Notes: generated from the letters alone by a model not told the origin. A stretch of DNA of 64,000 nt from an uncultured Nitrospiraceae bacterium (GCA_963730935.1 CAVSTP010000003.1:640001-704000); one strand, 5' to 3'; positions 37,050-47,065 are shown, numbered from the stretch's first letter. Numbers and translations: made by a program.

Positions 37050-37180
37050 GGCGAAGGCTTTCTACCCAAAGATGCGGTTCTGCAGCCCCAAAGAGAGCGT
37101 GTTCGACGGGAGATGGGAGCTGCCGGACGTCGAGTTGATGAAGGAATGAAAGACGAAACGACGACAACCATGAAGTACAA
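37050..37180 (+). repeat. Degenerate copy of 35021-35145 (3' end of the DUF1214 gene plus downstream spacer)
   Basis: Shared GCTGCCGGACGTCGAGTTGATGAA and AAGACGAAACGAC; translates as GFYPKMRFCSPKESVFDGRWELPDVELMKE*. Confidence 0.8.
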
Positions 37181-37246
37181 GGAGCCATAATAAAAACCAC
37201 ACAGCCCCATCCTGATGACCACTGGCGCAACAAGGAGAAACCTTGT

Positions 37247-37783
37247 ATGAAAACAACAGAGCCACACACACTCGCCCAGCTTGGGTGGAAATACATCGTT
37301 TGGGGTCTGGGCCTGTTCCTCACAGGGTTTCTGACTGGCTTCATCCCGATCCTCCATTACGTGCCCGGCGCACAATCGGGAGATGTCGGCCCGGTTTTTC
37401 TCAAGAACGTGACACTGTGGTGGGGTTGCCCGGCGGTGCTGGCGGAGCTCACGCTGAAAACCGGCAGTTTGGGCATGATGGCGATCGGATTCGCTTATCT
37501 CGCAATGGGCCAGCAAGGTCCGACAGCACTGACAAGTCGCGAGCGAATCGCCCCGACGCTGTGTGGGTACGGGCTCATCGCTGAACTCGTGACCGCTGGC
37601 GTCTTCTTTGTCGTGTGCAACCTCATCTGGCCGAACTTCTATTTCGAGCCCGTTCAGGCGGGAAAGAATGTATGGCTCGTGGTGCAGGGCATCAGCATTG
37701 CCGTCTATGTTGTGGGTGTTATGTTTGCTTTTTCTAGCATCCGCAATCGGTCGACAGCTCTTGTGCCGGCTATGGCCCGGTGA
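37247..37783 (+). CDS. Hypothetical membrane protein (4 TM)
   Basis: RBS AAGGAGA; four hydrophobic segments; intact ORF. Confidence 0.65.
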   Translation: MKTTEPHTLAQLGWKYIVWGLGLFLTGFLTGFIPILHYVPGAQSGDVGPVFLKNVTLWWGCPAVLAELTLKTGSLGMMAIGFAYLAMGQQGPTALTSRERIAPTLCGYGLIAELVTAGVFFVVCNLIWPNFYFEPVQAGKNVWLVVQGISIAVYVVGVMFAFSSIRNRSTALVPAMAR

Positions 37784-37897
37784 GGTTTAGAGATGATCGA
37801 CCGTACACTTAACTGTTCACGAGTCTTGCAACCACGTCTGAAACGACTGTGGTCTCGACGTTGACTAGTCCTATCGACGATCCATAGGAGACCGATC

Positions 37898-39525
37898 ATG
37901 AAGATTAAACACAAAAACAGCTTTATCCCCGCCACCGCGCTGTCGCTCATCGTCACGGCAATGACTGCCGGCGCACAAGGGGCGGACATCCCAAGTCCGT
38001 CACCACGCCGGACACCGTCGAGACGCGCCTCGGCACGCTCAATTTCAAGGACGGCGTGCCCGACGCCGCCACGACACAAAAACTATATGACGAGTTGGAT
38101 TACATCCATGCGGTGGATGCCTTTATCAACGGATACCCGTTGGTGAACCAACTGGCCCTCCGCAAAGGATTCATCGCGGCAGGCATCAACGACAACGAAT
38201 TCATGGTGACGCCGAACTTGATGGATTCAAAGTCGCTGTTTCTGACCGCCAATGCCGACACCTACTATTTCTGGGGTTATCTCGATCTGACCAAGGGACC
38301 CCTGGTGGTGGAAACGCCTCCCGGCGCACTGGGTATTTTCGATGACATGACCTGGAAATGGATTTGTGATTTTGGATTGCCCGGCCCCGACCGGGGCGAA
38401 GGTGGAAAATATCTGCTGGTTCCGCCGGGCTACGACGGCGCGCTGCCCGAAGGCGGCTATTTCGTCGGCCACTCGAACACCTGGCAGGTCTCCTGTTTGG
38501 GCCGCTTGTTTCTGCAGAACAACGATCCCAAGCCGGTCGATGACGATCGTCAAGAAAACGCTCAAGATCTATCCCTATGTGCCCGGCGGCATGGGATCGA
38601 GCATCGGCAATTATTTGAACGGACAAGGCGAGCTGGGACCACTCAGCACACCGGTGTCGCCGAGGTTCGTGGATGGCACATCGAAAGTGATGAACACCAT
38701 CCCGCCGGCTGACGATACCTATTTTGAATTTCTCAACGAAGTGATTCAAACGCAACCCGCGGGAGCGGTGGACCCTGAAATCGCCGGACAATGTGCGGCC
38801 ATCGGGATTGTCAAAGGCAAACCTTTCAATCCGGATGCCCGGATGAAGAAAATTCTCACCGACGCGGTCGCCGTCGCCAACGCCGCCAGCCGTGCCGTAA
38901 CCTTCAATGCGCGCGCACGAAGAAGGCTTCAATTATTACGGCGCCGACATCCAACTGGGTGAACTCCCTGTTCACCGGCGGTTATGAATTCATGACGCCG
39001 CCACCCGAAGTCACCGAAGGAAGGCGTCAAGCCCTATCCGAGCGATGGCGCCCGCAAGCTCAATGCCCGCATCTGGTTTTTCTATCTGGCCACCGGCATC
39101 ACGCCGGCGATGTGCATGCGACTCGACCAACGTCGGTTCGCAATATCTGGCGGTCTATCTCGATAGCAAGGACGTGCCCTTTGATGGCGGCAAGACCTAT
39201 CAAGGTCACGCTGCCGAAGGACATTCCCGCTGCCAGGTTCTGGTCGTTTACCGTCTATGACAATCAAACGCGCTCGATGCTGGACACACCGCAGCGCTAT
39301 CCGCGTGCAGGCAGCCAGAGCTATCCTTCGCCCGCAGCAAAAGCCAATGCCGATGGATCGACGACGGTATACTTTGGTCCCACGCAGCCCAATGGTGTCG
39401 ATCGCGGCAACTGGATTCAAACCACACCCGGCAAAGGCTGGTGTGCGTTGCTGCGGTTGTACAGCCCGCTGAAGCCATTCTTCGACAAGAGTTGGCGGGC
39501 AGGAGAAATTGAATTTGTCAAGTGA
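37898..39525 (+). pseudogene. DUF1254/DUF1214 periplasmic protein, about 6 frameshifts
   Basis: FLTANADTYY, GPDRGEGGKYLLVPPGY, IPAARFWSFTVYDNQTRSML, NADGSTTVYFGP, LRLYSPL..FFDKSW. Confidence 0.8.
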
Positions 39526-39747
39526 GCAGTCGCGATTAGCCAAGGAAGCGATCATTGGCAAGCTTCGATGAAAGCATCGAATTCGACAACCGAATAAGTG
39601 ATGCTGTGCTTCGCATAGACAGTCAAAGGTATTCCTGTAGACTCGCGGCCGCTGTAATTCCGTTAAGGCAGAACCGCCTGTTCAAAAGTGACGCCCGAGA
39701 GAACCGCGCCCGAAAGACATCCATTAATTCAATGAGGAGGAAAGCTC

Positions 39748-40634
39748 ATGAATGAGTCGGCGTTGCTAAGAGCGGCACTGGTGCTGCTCATCGCCTCGAT
39801 AGGCTACTGACGTTTTCCTCGACCCCTGAAGGCTGAAGAAAAAAAAGCGGAAGAAAAAAGCGAAGCTCATTCCAGGATAAACTCATGATCCGCGGCGGTT
39901 GGGCCTATGTCTTCGGGGCCACCGCCAACGTGGCGGTTGGTGGTCCTCTCTTAGGGGTTGGGGCGAGCGTTGACTTCACGCAGACGTTGGGCGGAGACAG
40001 CAGCACCGATGCCTTCCGAATTGATACCCTCTACCGCTTCAACGAACGTCATGCTCTCGGATTTTCCTGGTATCGAGTGGGGTTGAGTGGAGATAAGCTC
40101 CTCACCCAGTCAATTCAAATTCGCGACCAGATTGTCTCAGCCGGTGCTGCGACCCAAACCAGCTTGAGTTTTAACACCTATCGGCTGATTTATAACTACT
40201 CGTTCTACCGGAACGACAAGGTCGAATTGGCGGTGTCGCCTGGGCTTTACATGATGAAAACAAATTTTAATTTCGCAGGACAGGGCGCCATTACTCCGCC
40301 AGGAGGAGGTACTGCTACGCCTGGTAGCGTCATCATCGTGAATGAACAACTGACGCTTCCGCTTCCATCCATTGGTCTGGTCGCGAACTACAACATTACG
40401 CCGAAATTGCAATTTCAAAGCCGCTACGACGTTTTCTACCTGTCAATCGGCAATTACGCCGGCTCGATGTTTGAGTTCTACGCCGGTCTCGAATATCGGA
40501 TCGTTCAACATTTCTCTATGGGCGCTGCCTATGACCGTCTGCAGGCCGAGTTGAGAGGCAATGGGCATGAAGGCTTTAGCGCGAACTTCAGCTATAACCT
40601 GTTGTACCTGTATGCAACCGTTTATCTGTTCTAA
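39748..40634 (+). CDS. Outer-membrane beta-barrel protein; 5' end disrupted by indels
   Basis: RBS GAGGAGG plus ATG 39748; main ORF 39885-40634 is beta-rich with a C-terminal Phe. Confidence 0.6.
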
Positions 40635-40866
40635 CCGGCGTTTAATGGGCGCCGCTATGATGGCGGTCCGGAGGTCGAGAGGAAGACTCTGGTGATTCTC
40701 ATTTTATGGTGCAAGAGAGAGCGAACATAGACGCTCTGCCGGCTCGGTGTCCTGAGTATCCACTACCATCACACGTCAGCTTGCGGCGTCCCTCTTCCTT
40801 CCATTCGCCTACATCAATTCCGAAACAACACACAGGTGCGTCATGAATGTAAAAGGAGGGCGGGTC

Positions 40867-42678
40867 ATGAAACACTTTCAGCTCCATGTGCGCCTTGTCG
40901 TAATCATAGCGCTCGTTGTGGCAATTGGCGCTCTGTGGTCAGCCCCGTTGCAGGCAGAATCGGATACCGCACAGCCGACCTTGAAGGAGATCCTCGAGAA
41001 GAGATCGAAGGACAAGGGTGGGATAGATACCGCTGCGCCTAATGTCCCGGACGATCCACTGGGCCGCGGGACGCCGCGGTCGAGCGTGAGGGGGTTCCTC
41101 GCAGCGGCGAAAGACCGCAACTATGTTCAAGCCGCCGAATACCTGGATCTCCGTAACCTGCCGCCGAGTCTCACTGAAAGTCAGGGACCTGAATTGGCAC
41201 GTCAGCTGAGAATCGTCCTCGACCGAACACTCTGGATCGACCTGGAAGTGCTGAGCACAAACCCTGAGGGAGAACAGAGCGATAATCTGCCTGTCGTTCG
41301 GGAACGGATCGGACGGATTTCGGCCGAAGGTAAAACCTATGACCTCCTCTTGCAACGTGTTCCGCGAGGCGACGGTGTGTACATCTGGAAATTCGCCGAC
41401 GTGACCGTCGCAGAGATCCCCGACCTCTATCAGCAGTTCGGATATGGCCAGCTCGAACGGTTCTTCCCGCCGTGGATGTTCGACGTGTCGATCCTCGGCA
41501 TTAACCTCTGGTTGTGGGCTGCGGTCATCGGCCTGGCAATCGTACTCTACCCGGTTGCGATGCTCGTGACCAGGCTGGCCGCCAGCGTCCTCCGTCTCGC
41601 CAATGCCGACCTGGCGAATCAGTTTGAGCGGCTCTTCAAAGGACCGGTCACGCTGTTGATTTGGACCGTCATGGTGAGGAACGCCGGCACTTTCCTGGGG
41701 TCGTCGATCGGGCTCAGCGCGCTTAATCAAGCCCGGACTGTTCAGGTGATCGGCCTTGCATGGTTATTGATGCGCGTCGTCGATTTTATGGCTCAGCGCG
41801 CTGGTGCCAACCTGGAACGGAAAGGTCTTGGAGGATCTCGGGTTCTGTTGATGCCTGTTGCCAGGTTGATCAAGTTTGTCGCCCTTGCCGGTGCCGTACT
41901 CCTGTGGCTGGACAACGCCGGTTACAAAGTGACCACTCTTTTGGCCGGCCTGAGCATCAGCGGCGTCGCCGTGGCCTTGGCGTCGCAAAAGAGCCTGGAA
42001 AATCTTTTCGGCGCGGTGACGCTCTTTACATCGAGACCCGTGAAGGTCGGAGACTTCTGTCGCTTCGGCGATACGATCGGTACGGTCGAAGAAATCGGCC
42101 TGCGCGCCACCAAGGTCCGGACCTTGGACCGGACGGTCATTACGGTCGCTAATGCGGAGTTTGCCAATCTTCATCTCGACAATTTCTCAGCCCGCGACCG
42201 GTTCTGGTATCATCCGACGCTCCAGTTACGGTACGAGACAACGCCCGATCAGATCCGCTACATTCTCGTGGAAGTCCGCAAAATGCTCTATGCACATCCT
42301 AAGATTGTGGCGGAGCCGCTCCATGTGCGCTTTAAGAGTTTCGGACAGTACTCATTGGATGTGGAAGTGTTCTCCTATATCGGAGTGACGGACTACGGCG
42401 AGTCGTTGGAAGTCGCCGAAGATCTGAACCTCAGAATCATGGACATCGTGAGCGCGTCAGGATCTGACTTTGCATTTCCGTCGGAAGTGCAGTACTCGTT
42501 GCCCGGGAAGCCGCTCGATGAGGAGCGCGCTAAGGCCGTCAGTCAGCAAGTTAAGGAGTGGAAAGCGAAGCGGGAACTCTATTTGCCGAACTTTCCTGCC
42601 GAGAAGATCGCGGCCATCAAGAACTCATTGGAGTATCCGGGCGAGGGCTCGCCGCAATTTTCACAGACGCGGGGTTGA
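40867..42678 (+). CDS. MscS-family mechanosensitive channel with periplasmic N-terminal domain
   Basis: TPRSSVRGFL; LLAGLSISGVAVALASQKSLENLFG; PVKVGDFC..GTVEEIGLRAT. Confidence 0.9.
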   Translation: MKHFQLHVRLVVIIALVVAIGALWSAPLQAESDTAQPTLKEILEKRSKDKGGIDTAAPNVPDDPLGRGTPRSSVRGFLAAAKDRNYVQAAEYLDLRNLPPSLTESQGPELARQLRIVLDRTLWIDLEVLSTNPEGEQSDNLPVVRERIGRISAEGKTYDLLLQRVPRGDGVYIWKFADVTVAEIPDLYQQFGYGQLERFFPPWMFDVSILGINLWLWAAVIGLAIVLYPVAMLVTRLAASVLRLANADLANQFERLFKGPVTLLIWTVMVRNAGTFLGSSIGLSALNQARTVQVIGLAWLLMRVVDFMAQRAGANLERKGLGGSRVLLMPVARLIKFVALAGAVLLWLDNAGYKVTTLLAGLSISGVAVALASQKSLENLFGAVTLFTSRPVKVGDFCRFGDTIGTVEEIGLRATKVRTLDRTVITVANAEFANLHLDNFSARDRFWYHPTLQLRYETTPDQIRYILVEVRKMLYAHPKIVAEPLHVRFKSFGQYSLDVEVFSYIGVTDYGESLEVAEDLNLRIMDIVSASGSDFAFPSEVQYSLPGKPLDEERAKAVSQQVKEWKAKRELYLPNFPAEKIAAIKNSLEYPGEGSPQFSQTRG

Positions 42679-42684
42679 CAGAAA

Positions 42685-44149
42685 ATGAGGACGACAATGC
42701 AAGGACGGTTCAGACCTCCATGTGCCTACCTACTGCTTTTCGTAATGTCGGTCATGGTCGGATGCGAATATGTCCGTCCGACCCTCAACGCCCCCTTGGA
42801 AAAATGGGTGCCTGACGGCGGATATCGTTTCGTCAATGTCGCTCGGCCAGAGGCGGACAACACGGATAGTTTGCTCTTTGTCGCCGCCTTTTCGGGCGGC
42901 GGAACCCGCGCCTCAACCCTCGCATTTGGTGCTCTTCGAGAGCTCGCGCACCAGCAGATCGTTTGGGAAGGCAAACAGAAGCGGCTGCTCGATGAACTCG
43001 ACCTGATCCATGCCTTATCCGGAGGCACGTTTACCGGCGGCTACTATGCGCTGTATCGCGACCAAATCTTCCATGACTTTGAATACCGCTTTCTTCGGAA
43101 GGACTGGGAGACCGAATTGAGACACCGGGTATTTCGGTCCCCCAGTAATTGGGTTCGGCTGTGGTCGCCCTATTTCGGCCGGGCGCATCTGATGGCCGAA
43201 CTGCTGAATGAAGCGTTGTTCGATCATAAAACCTATGGGGACCTGGCTGCCCTCCAACAACGACCGATGCTCATCATTCACGCCTCGGACATGGCCACTT
43301 TGGCTCGGTTTGAATTTACGCAATTTCAGTTCGATTTCCTCTGTTCGGATCTTAGCCAATTGCCGATCGCTGACGCCTCTGCGGCCTCTGCTGCCCTTCC
43401 TCTTGTGCTGAGTCCGATCTCCTTAAAAAATTACGCAGGCAAGTGCGAGCTTTGAAGCGCCGGCCTGGTTGGCTCAAGCCAAGAGGGGAGGCCGAATCGG
43501 TGCACAGCGCGCCAACGAAATGCTCTCCTTCATGGACGCGGAAAAACGTCCTTATATTCATCTGCTCGATGGAGGCCTCTCGGACAATCTCGCGCTCCGA
43601 GGAATTATCGAAGGCAGCGGTCTGCAAGGATCATTTGAAAAGTTACTCGTTATGGCCCGTGTGAAGAATGTGAAGAAATTGGTGATTCTCGCGGTCAATG
43701 CCGAAACCTCTCCTGACGTCCTCGAATTCCGTAGCGACCATGTCCCCGTCATCTCCAAAGCGATGAGCTCCATGATCGATATTCCGATCAACCGGTATTC
43801 TTTTGATACGACCACGCTCATTAGTATGGGAGTGGAGAAGTGGAAAGCGGAGCTAAAAGCAAAACCAAGAGGTCCGGACAGTCCCTGGGCGAAGGATGCC
43901 GAGATTTATTTCATCAACGCCAGCTTGAGTGAAATAGAGGATCCCGACGAGCGTGTGTCGCTGATGAAAATCCCGACCACGCTGTATCTGAACGATGAGC
44001 AGATCGACCGGCTGGTGATGGCGGCATCCAAGCTGATCCGCGGCAACAAGGAGTTTCAGAGGCTGATGAAGGATATCAAGGCTCCCTCCGATGGTTCAGT
44101 GACAGCGCTTGAGAATGAAAAGCTTGATAAGGGGCAGACAGCTCACTAA
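42685..44149 (+). pseudogene. Patatin-like phospholipase lipoprotein, one frameshift near 43449
   Basis: Lipobox MVGC; FSGGGTRA, ALSGG, LLDGGLSDNL; frames join as ..GKC-x-FEAPAWLAQA. Confidence 0.8.
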
Positions 44150-44203
44150 TAGAGATGCAATCAATGGTTCAGGGGCCGGTCACCCGCCGCCGCTTTCCAT
44201 GCC

Positions 44204-44219
44204 CTGTTACTTTTGACAG
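44204..44219. promoter_or_regulatory. Palindromic site CTGTTACTTTTGACAG
   Basis: 86 bp upstream of ATG 44306; matches the 8531 and 27274 motif. Confidence 0.6.
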
Positions 44220-44305
44220 TTCCAGGAGCCGGCGAATGGTGATATGCATGCCGCTCGCTCAAGCGGTAACCAGGGGTGTGTGACCTTCAACTGAAAGGAT
44301 GCGTC

Positions 44306-44782
44306 ATGACGATCAGGTTGATTTTGTGTGTATTTACCGGCATTTTCCTGCTGGCGGTTCCCGCCTTTGCTGAGCCGGCCTCAGATACGAACATGGAGAT
44401 CCTGAAGGAAAAACTTAAAGCCGACAAGAAACTGCTGATTGCCGGCAACATGGACCTTACCGACGCCGAAGCCAAACAGTTCTGGCCGCTGTACGACGAC
44501 TATCAAAAAGATCTTGAAGGCATCAACAAGCAGCTTGGTCAAACGATCAAGGAGTATGCGGATGCCTTCAACAAGGGGACGATTTCAAATGACACGGCAA
44601 AAAAGCTGCTCAACGAAGCCCTAACGGTCGAGGAGCAAGAGGTCAAGTTGAAACGCTCTTCTGCCGAGAAGCTTGGCAAGGTGCTGCCCGAGACTAAGGT
44701 TGCCCGCTATATCCAATTGGAAACCAAAATCCGGTCCCTGATCAAATTCGAGATGGCGCAACAAATTCCGCTGGTCTACTAG
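44306..44782 (+). CDS. Helical periplasmic hypothetical protein (Spy/CpxP-like)
   Basis: Signal peptide ..AVPAFA; NMDLT.AE..QFWPLYDDY motif. Confidence 0.65.
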   Translation: MTIRLILCVFTGIFLLAVPAFAEPASDTNMEILKEKLKADKKLLIAGNMDLTDAEAKQFWPLYDDYQKDLEGINKQLGQTIKEYADAFNKGTISNDTAKKLLNEALTVEEQEVKLKRSSAEKLGKVLPETKVARYIQLETKIRSLIKFEMAQQIPLVY

Positions 44783-44804
44783 GCCCAAACTAGCATACGT
44801 TTGA

Positions 44805-44837
44805 CCGTGACCCCTCGCTCGATCGGAGGGGTCACGG
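44805..44837 (+). terminator. GC-rich stem-loop (12-bp perfect stem): weak terminator or mRNA-stabilising hairpin
   Basis: CCGTGACCCCTC-N9-GAGGGGTCACGG; only a poor U-tract follows. Confidence 0.5.
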
Positions 44838-44869
44838 CGGTTTGTGTCGTGACGTCGGAGGGGAGCGAT

Positions 44870-45742
44870 ATGCCGGCAACTGATTCCAGCACTGTTCCAC
44901 TCATTCAACAGATATTTCATCCATCCGATTTCACTCCTGCCAGCGATAGTGCGTTTGTACACGCGCTGAAAATTGCACTGCTGGCGAAGGCCGAGTTGAC
45001 CATTCTCCATGTTTCGCCAAAACATGAATTAGAATGGACGGAATTCCCCGGCGTCCGATCGACGCTGGAACGCTGGAGACTCCTGCCCAAGAACAGTTCC
45101 CAGGCGGACGTGCTAAGGCTCGGCATCAACGTCAAGAAGGTTCAGGCCAAGCACGACGATCCCGTAACATCTGTCACGGGTTATTTGAGCACGCACAACA
45201 CAGATCTGATCGTCCTGGCCACCGACCAGCAGAAAGGACGGGTGCAGTGGCTGAGCCAGTCGATCGCCGCTCCCATCGCGCGCAAATCCCGTCAAATGAC
45301 ACTCTTCATGCCCAAAGGCGTTGAAGGATTCGTGTCAGCGCGGGATGGATCCATTTCGCTCACGAGCATCCTGATCCCCGTGGCGGAAACCCCGCCGGCG
45401 CAGCCGGCGATTCAGGCTGCCGCGCGAATGGCCAGCGGGCTGAATAGCTTATCGGGGGTATTCACAATTCTTCATGTCGGAGAAAAAACGGCTATGCCTG
45501 AGGTCCAGTTCACGGATGTGTCTGGTTGGAGTTGGAACACCGTGGTCCAGTCGGGCGACGTCGTCGACGTCATCAGCGAAACGGCAGCGGCAGTCAAAGC
45601 CGGACTGATCGTCCTGACGACAGAGGGGCGAAATGGGTTTCTCGATGCTCTACGTGGAAGCCATAGCGAACGAATTCTTCAACGAACTCCTTGTCCGCTG
45701 TTGGTGATTCCTGCGAGCGGCTTCATGGCCTCTGTGGTCTAG
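44870..45742 (+). CDS. Universal stress protein (tandem USP domains)
   Basis: IFHPSDF; DLIVLAT; LIVLTTEGRNGFLDALRGSHSERIL..TPCPLLVIP. Confidence 0.88.
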   Translation: MPATDSSTVPLIQQIFHPSDFTPASDSAFVHALKIALLAKAELTILHVSPKHELEWTEFPGVRSTLERWRLLPKNSSQADVLRLGINVKKVQAKHDDPVTSVTGYLSTHNTDLIVLATDQQKGRVQWLSQSIAAPIARKSRQMTLFMPKGVEGFVSARDGSISLTSILIPVAETPPAQPAIQAAARMASGLNSLSGVFTILHVGEKTAMPEVQFTDVSGWSWNTVVQSGDVVDVISETAAAVKAGLIVLTTEGRNGFLDALRGSHSERILQRTPCPLLVIPASGFMASVV

Positions 45743-45788
45743 GGGCACTTGTCCGTTGGAAGCACTGGTAGTGAAGAACGCAGGGCGC

Positions 45789-46565
45789 ATGACTCGATCG
45801 GGAGCCCACATAAGTCTTGTGCTGATGATTGCGTTGGCGACGGGTTGCTCCAGTTCAATCTATGGCTGGCAGGTGCGAACCGGTTCTGCAGAGTTCGCGC
45901 CCTCGTTCGATCCGGCAAGACTTACACAAGAGCCAGCCGCAGTGTTCGGGGCTCTTACGATGCCAGGACTCCGCGGAAATGAGGTAGGTTTGGACTTCAT
46001 GCTCGCTCAAGTGCTGCATCGAGTCGCCCCTCAGATACAGATTGTCAGCCCGCAGCGCAGCATGTCGAAAATCAATGAACTGGGTCTGGCATCGGAATAC
46101 ACGCAGATGCGGGCGGATGCGGAGCAGAGCCATATTCTCAATCGTGAAACCTTGAAAAAGCTTGGAACGGCAATTGGCGTTCGGTATGTCTTCCAGCCCC
46201 GTTTGGCTGCTTTCACCCAAACCATGTACGATCGCTGGACTTTTCCCGGTTTGGGAGTGCTCCTCATGCAGGTTCGAACGAGCAACTTGCGAATGTCACT
46301 CCAGCTGTGGAATACGGAAACCGGTGAGCTGCTGTGGGCCTCGATAGCGGAAGGGACCATGCAGAGTGAAGCCGTGTCGAAGGATCCCGTCTATTTTGAG
46401 GATGCGGCACGGGTTGCGTTGGGCAGCATCGTCTCAGACTTTCTGAATCGCCAGACGGCGTCAACCTACACTCCACTGGATAAGCTCCTCGACCAATTAA
46501 TTCAGGTTCCGTCGCCGGAAGAAACAGCGAGGAGCACGAACACAAATCCCCCACGGAGTCAATAG
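45789..46565 (+). CDS. Hypothetical lipoprotein
   Basis: Lipobox LATGC; LQLWNTETGELLW (CsgG/LpoB-like fold pattern); paralog at 32575. Confidence 0.7.
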   Translation: MTRSGAHISLVLMIALATGCSSSIYGWQVRTGSAEFAPSFDPARLTQEPAAVFGALTMPGLRGNEVGLDFMLAQVLHRVAPQIQIVSPQRSMSKINELGLASEYTQMRADAEQSHILNRETLKKLGTAIGVRYVFQPRLAAFTQTMYDRWTFPGLGVLLMQVRTSNLRMSLQLWNTETGELLWASIAEGTMQSEAVSKDPVYFEDAARVALGSIVSDFLNRQTASTYTPLDKLLDQLIQVPSPEETARSTNTNPPRSQ

Positions 46566-46569
46566 ACCT

Positions 46570-47019
46570 ATGAAGGCCGTCCGGAAGCATCAATCGCGCA
46601 CATCTCTTCGATGGTCGATGGCAGTGCTGGCCCTCTTTTGCCTCGCAATGAGCCCTGCCTGTGAAACGACGGATCGTTCCGAGCCGCCGCAATGGGTGCA
46701 GTTCCCCATTACCGACGTCTCCGAGGTTGCGGGAAAGTGGGATGGCCTCATGCGTCGAATACCGCCCGATCGAAGGGACGACTGGGTCACGGTCGCCATC
46801 GGCCCTGATGGAAAATATGAGTTCAGTAGCCTCCGAACCATCGGAGTCTTCAGCGGCCATGGTGAGTTTGCCCTCAACGAGGGAAGATTAGTCTCGAAAT
46901 CCGAACGAGGGACCGTCGAAGCGGTCCTCTATCAGGACGGTACCCACCGCATGCTCAAGGCCAAAGGCCGCGCTGCCGATGGAATGGAGTACACAGCAGA
47001 GGTAAAACCAGCCAAATGA
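46570..47019 (+). CDS. Hypothetical lipoprotein
   Basis: Signal peptide ending SPAC; operon spacing. Confidence 0.65.
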   Translation: MKAVRKHQSRTSLRWSMAVLALFCLAMSPACETTDRSEPPQWVQFPITDVSEVAGKWDGLMRRIPPDRRDDWVTVAIGPDGKYEFSSLRTIGVFSGHGEFALNEGRLVSKSERGTVEAVLYQDGTHRMLKAKGRAADGMEYTAEVKPAK

Positions 47020-47065
47020 ACGCTACCACACGATTCACCGGGTACGACCCATCGGGAGAACGACT

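Noticed and set aside
37807..37866. attC-like imperfect hairpin (ACTTAAC...GTTGACT) between small genes; similar short hairpins near 35890-35947
   Set aside because: The right end does not fit GTTRRRY, the L boxes are not complementary, the element does not recur, and there is no integrase in the window.
24500..43460. Programmed frameshifting or phase variation as the cause of the split genes
   Set aside because: No recurring slippery heptamers or long simple repeats; several mixed-direction indels per gene.
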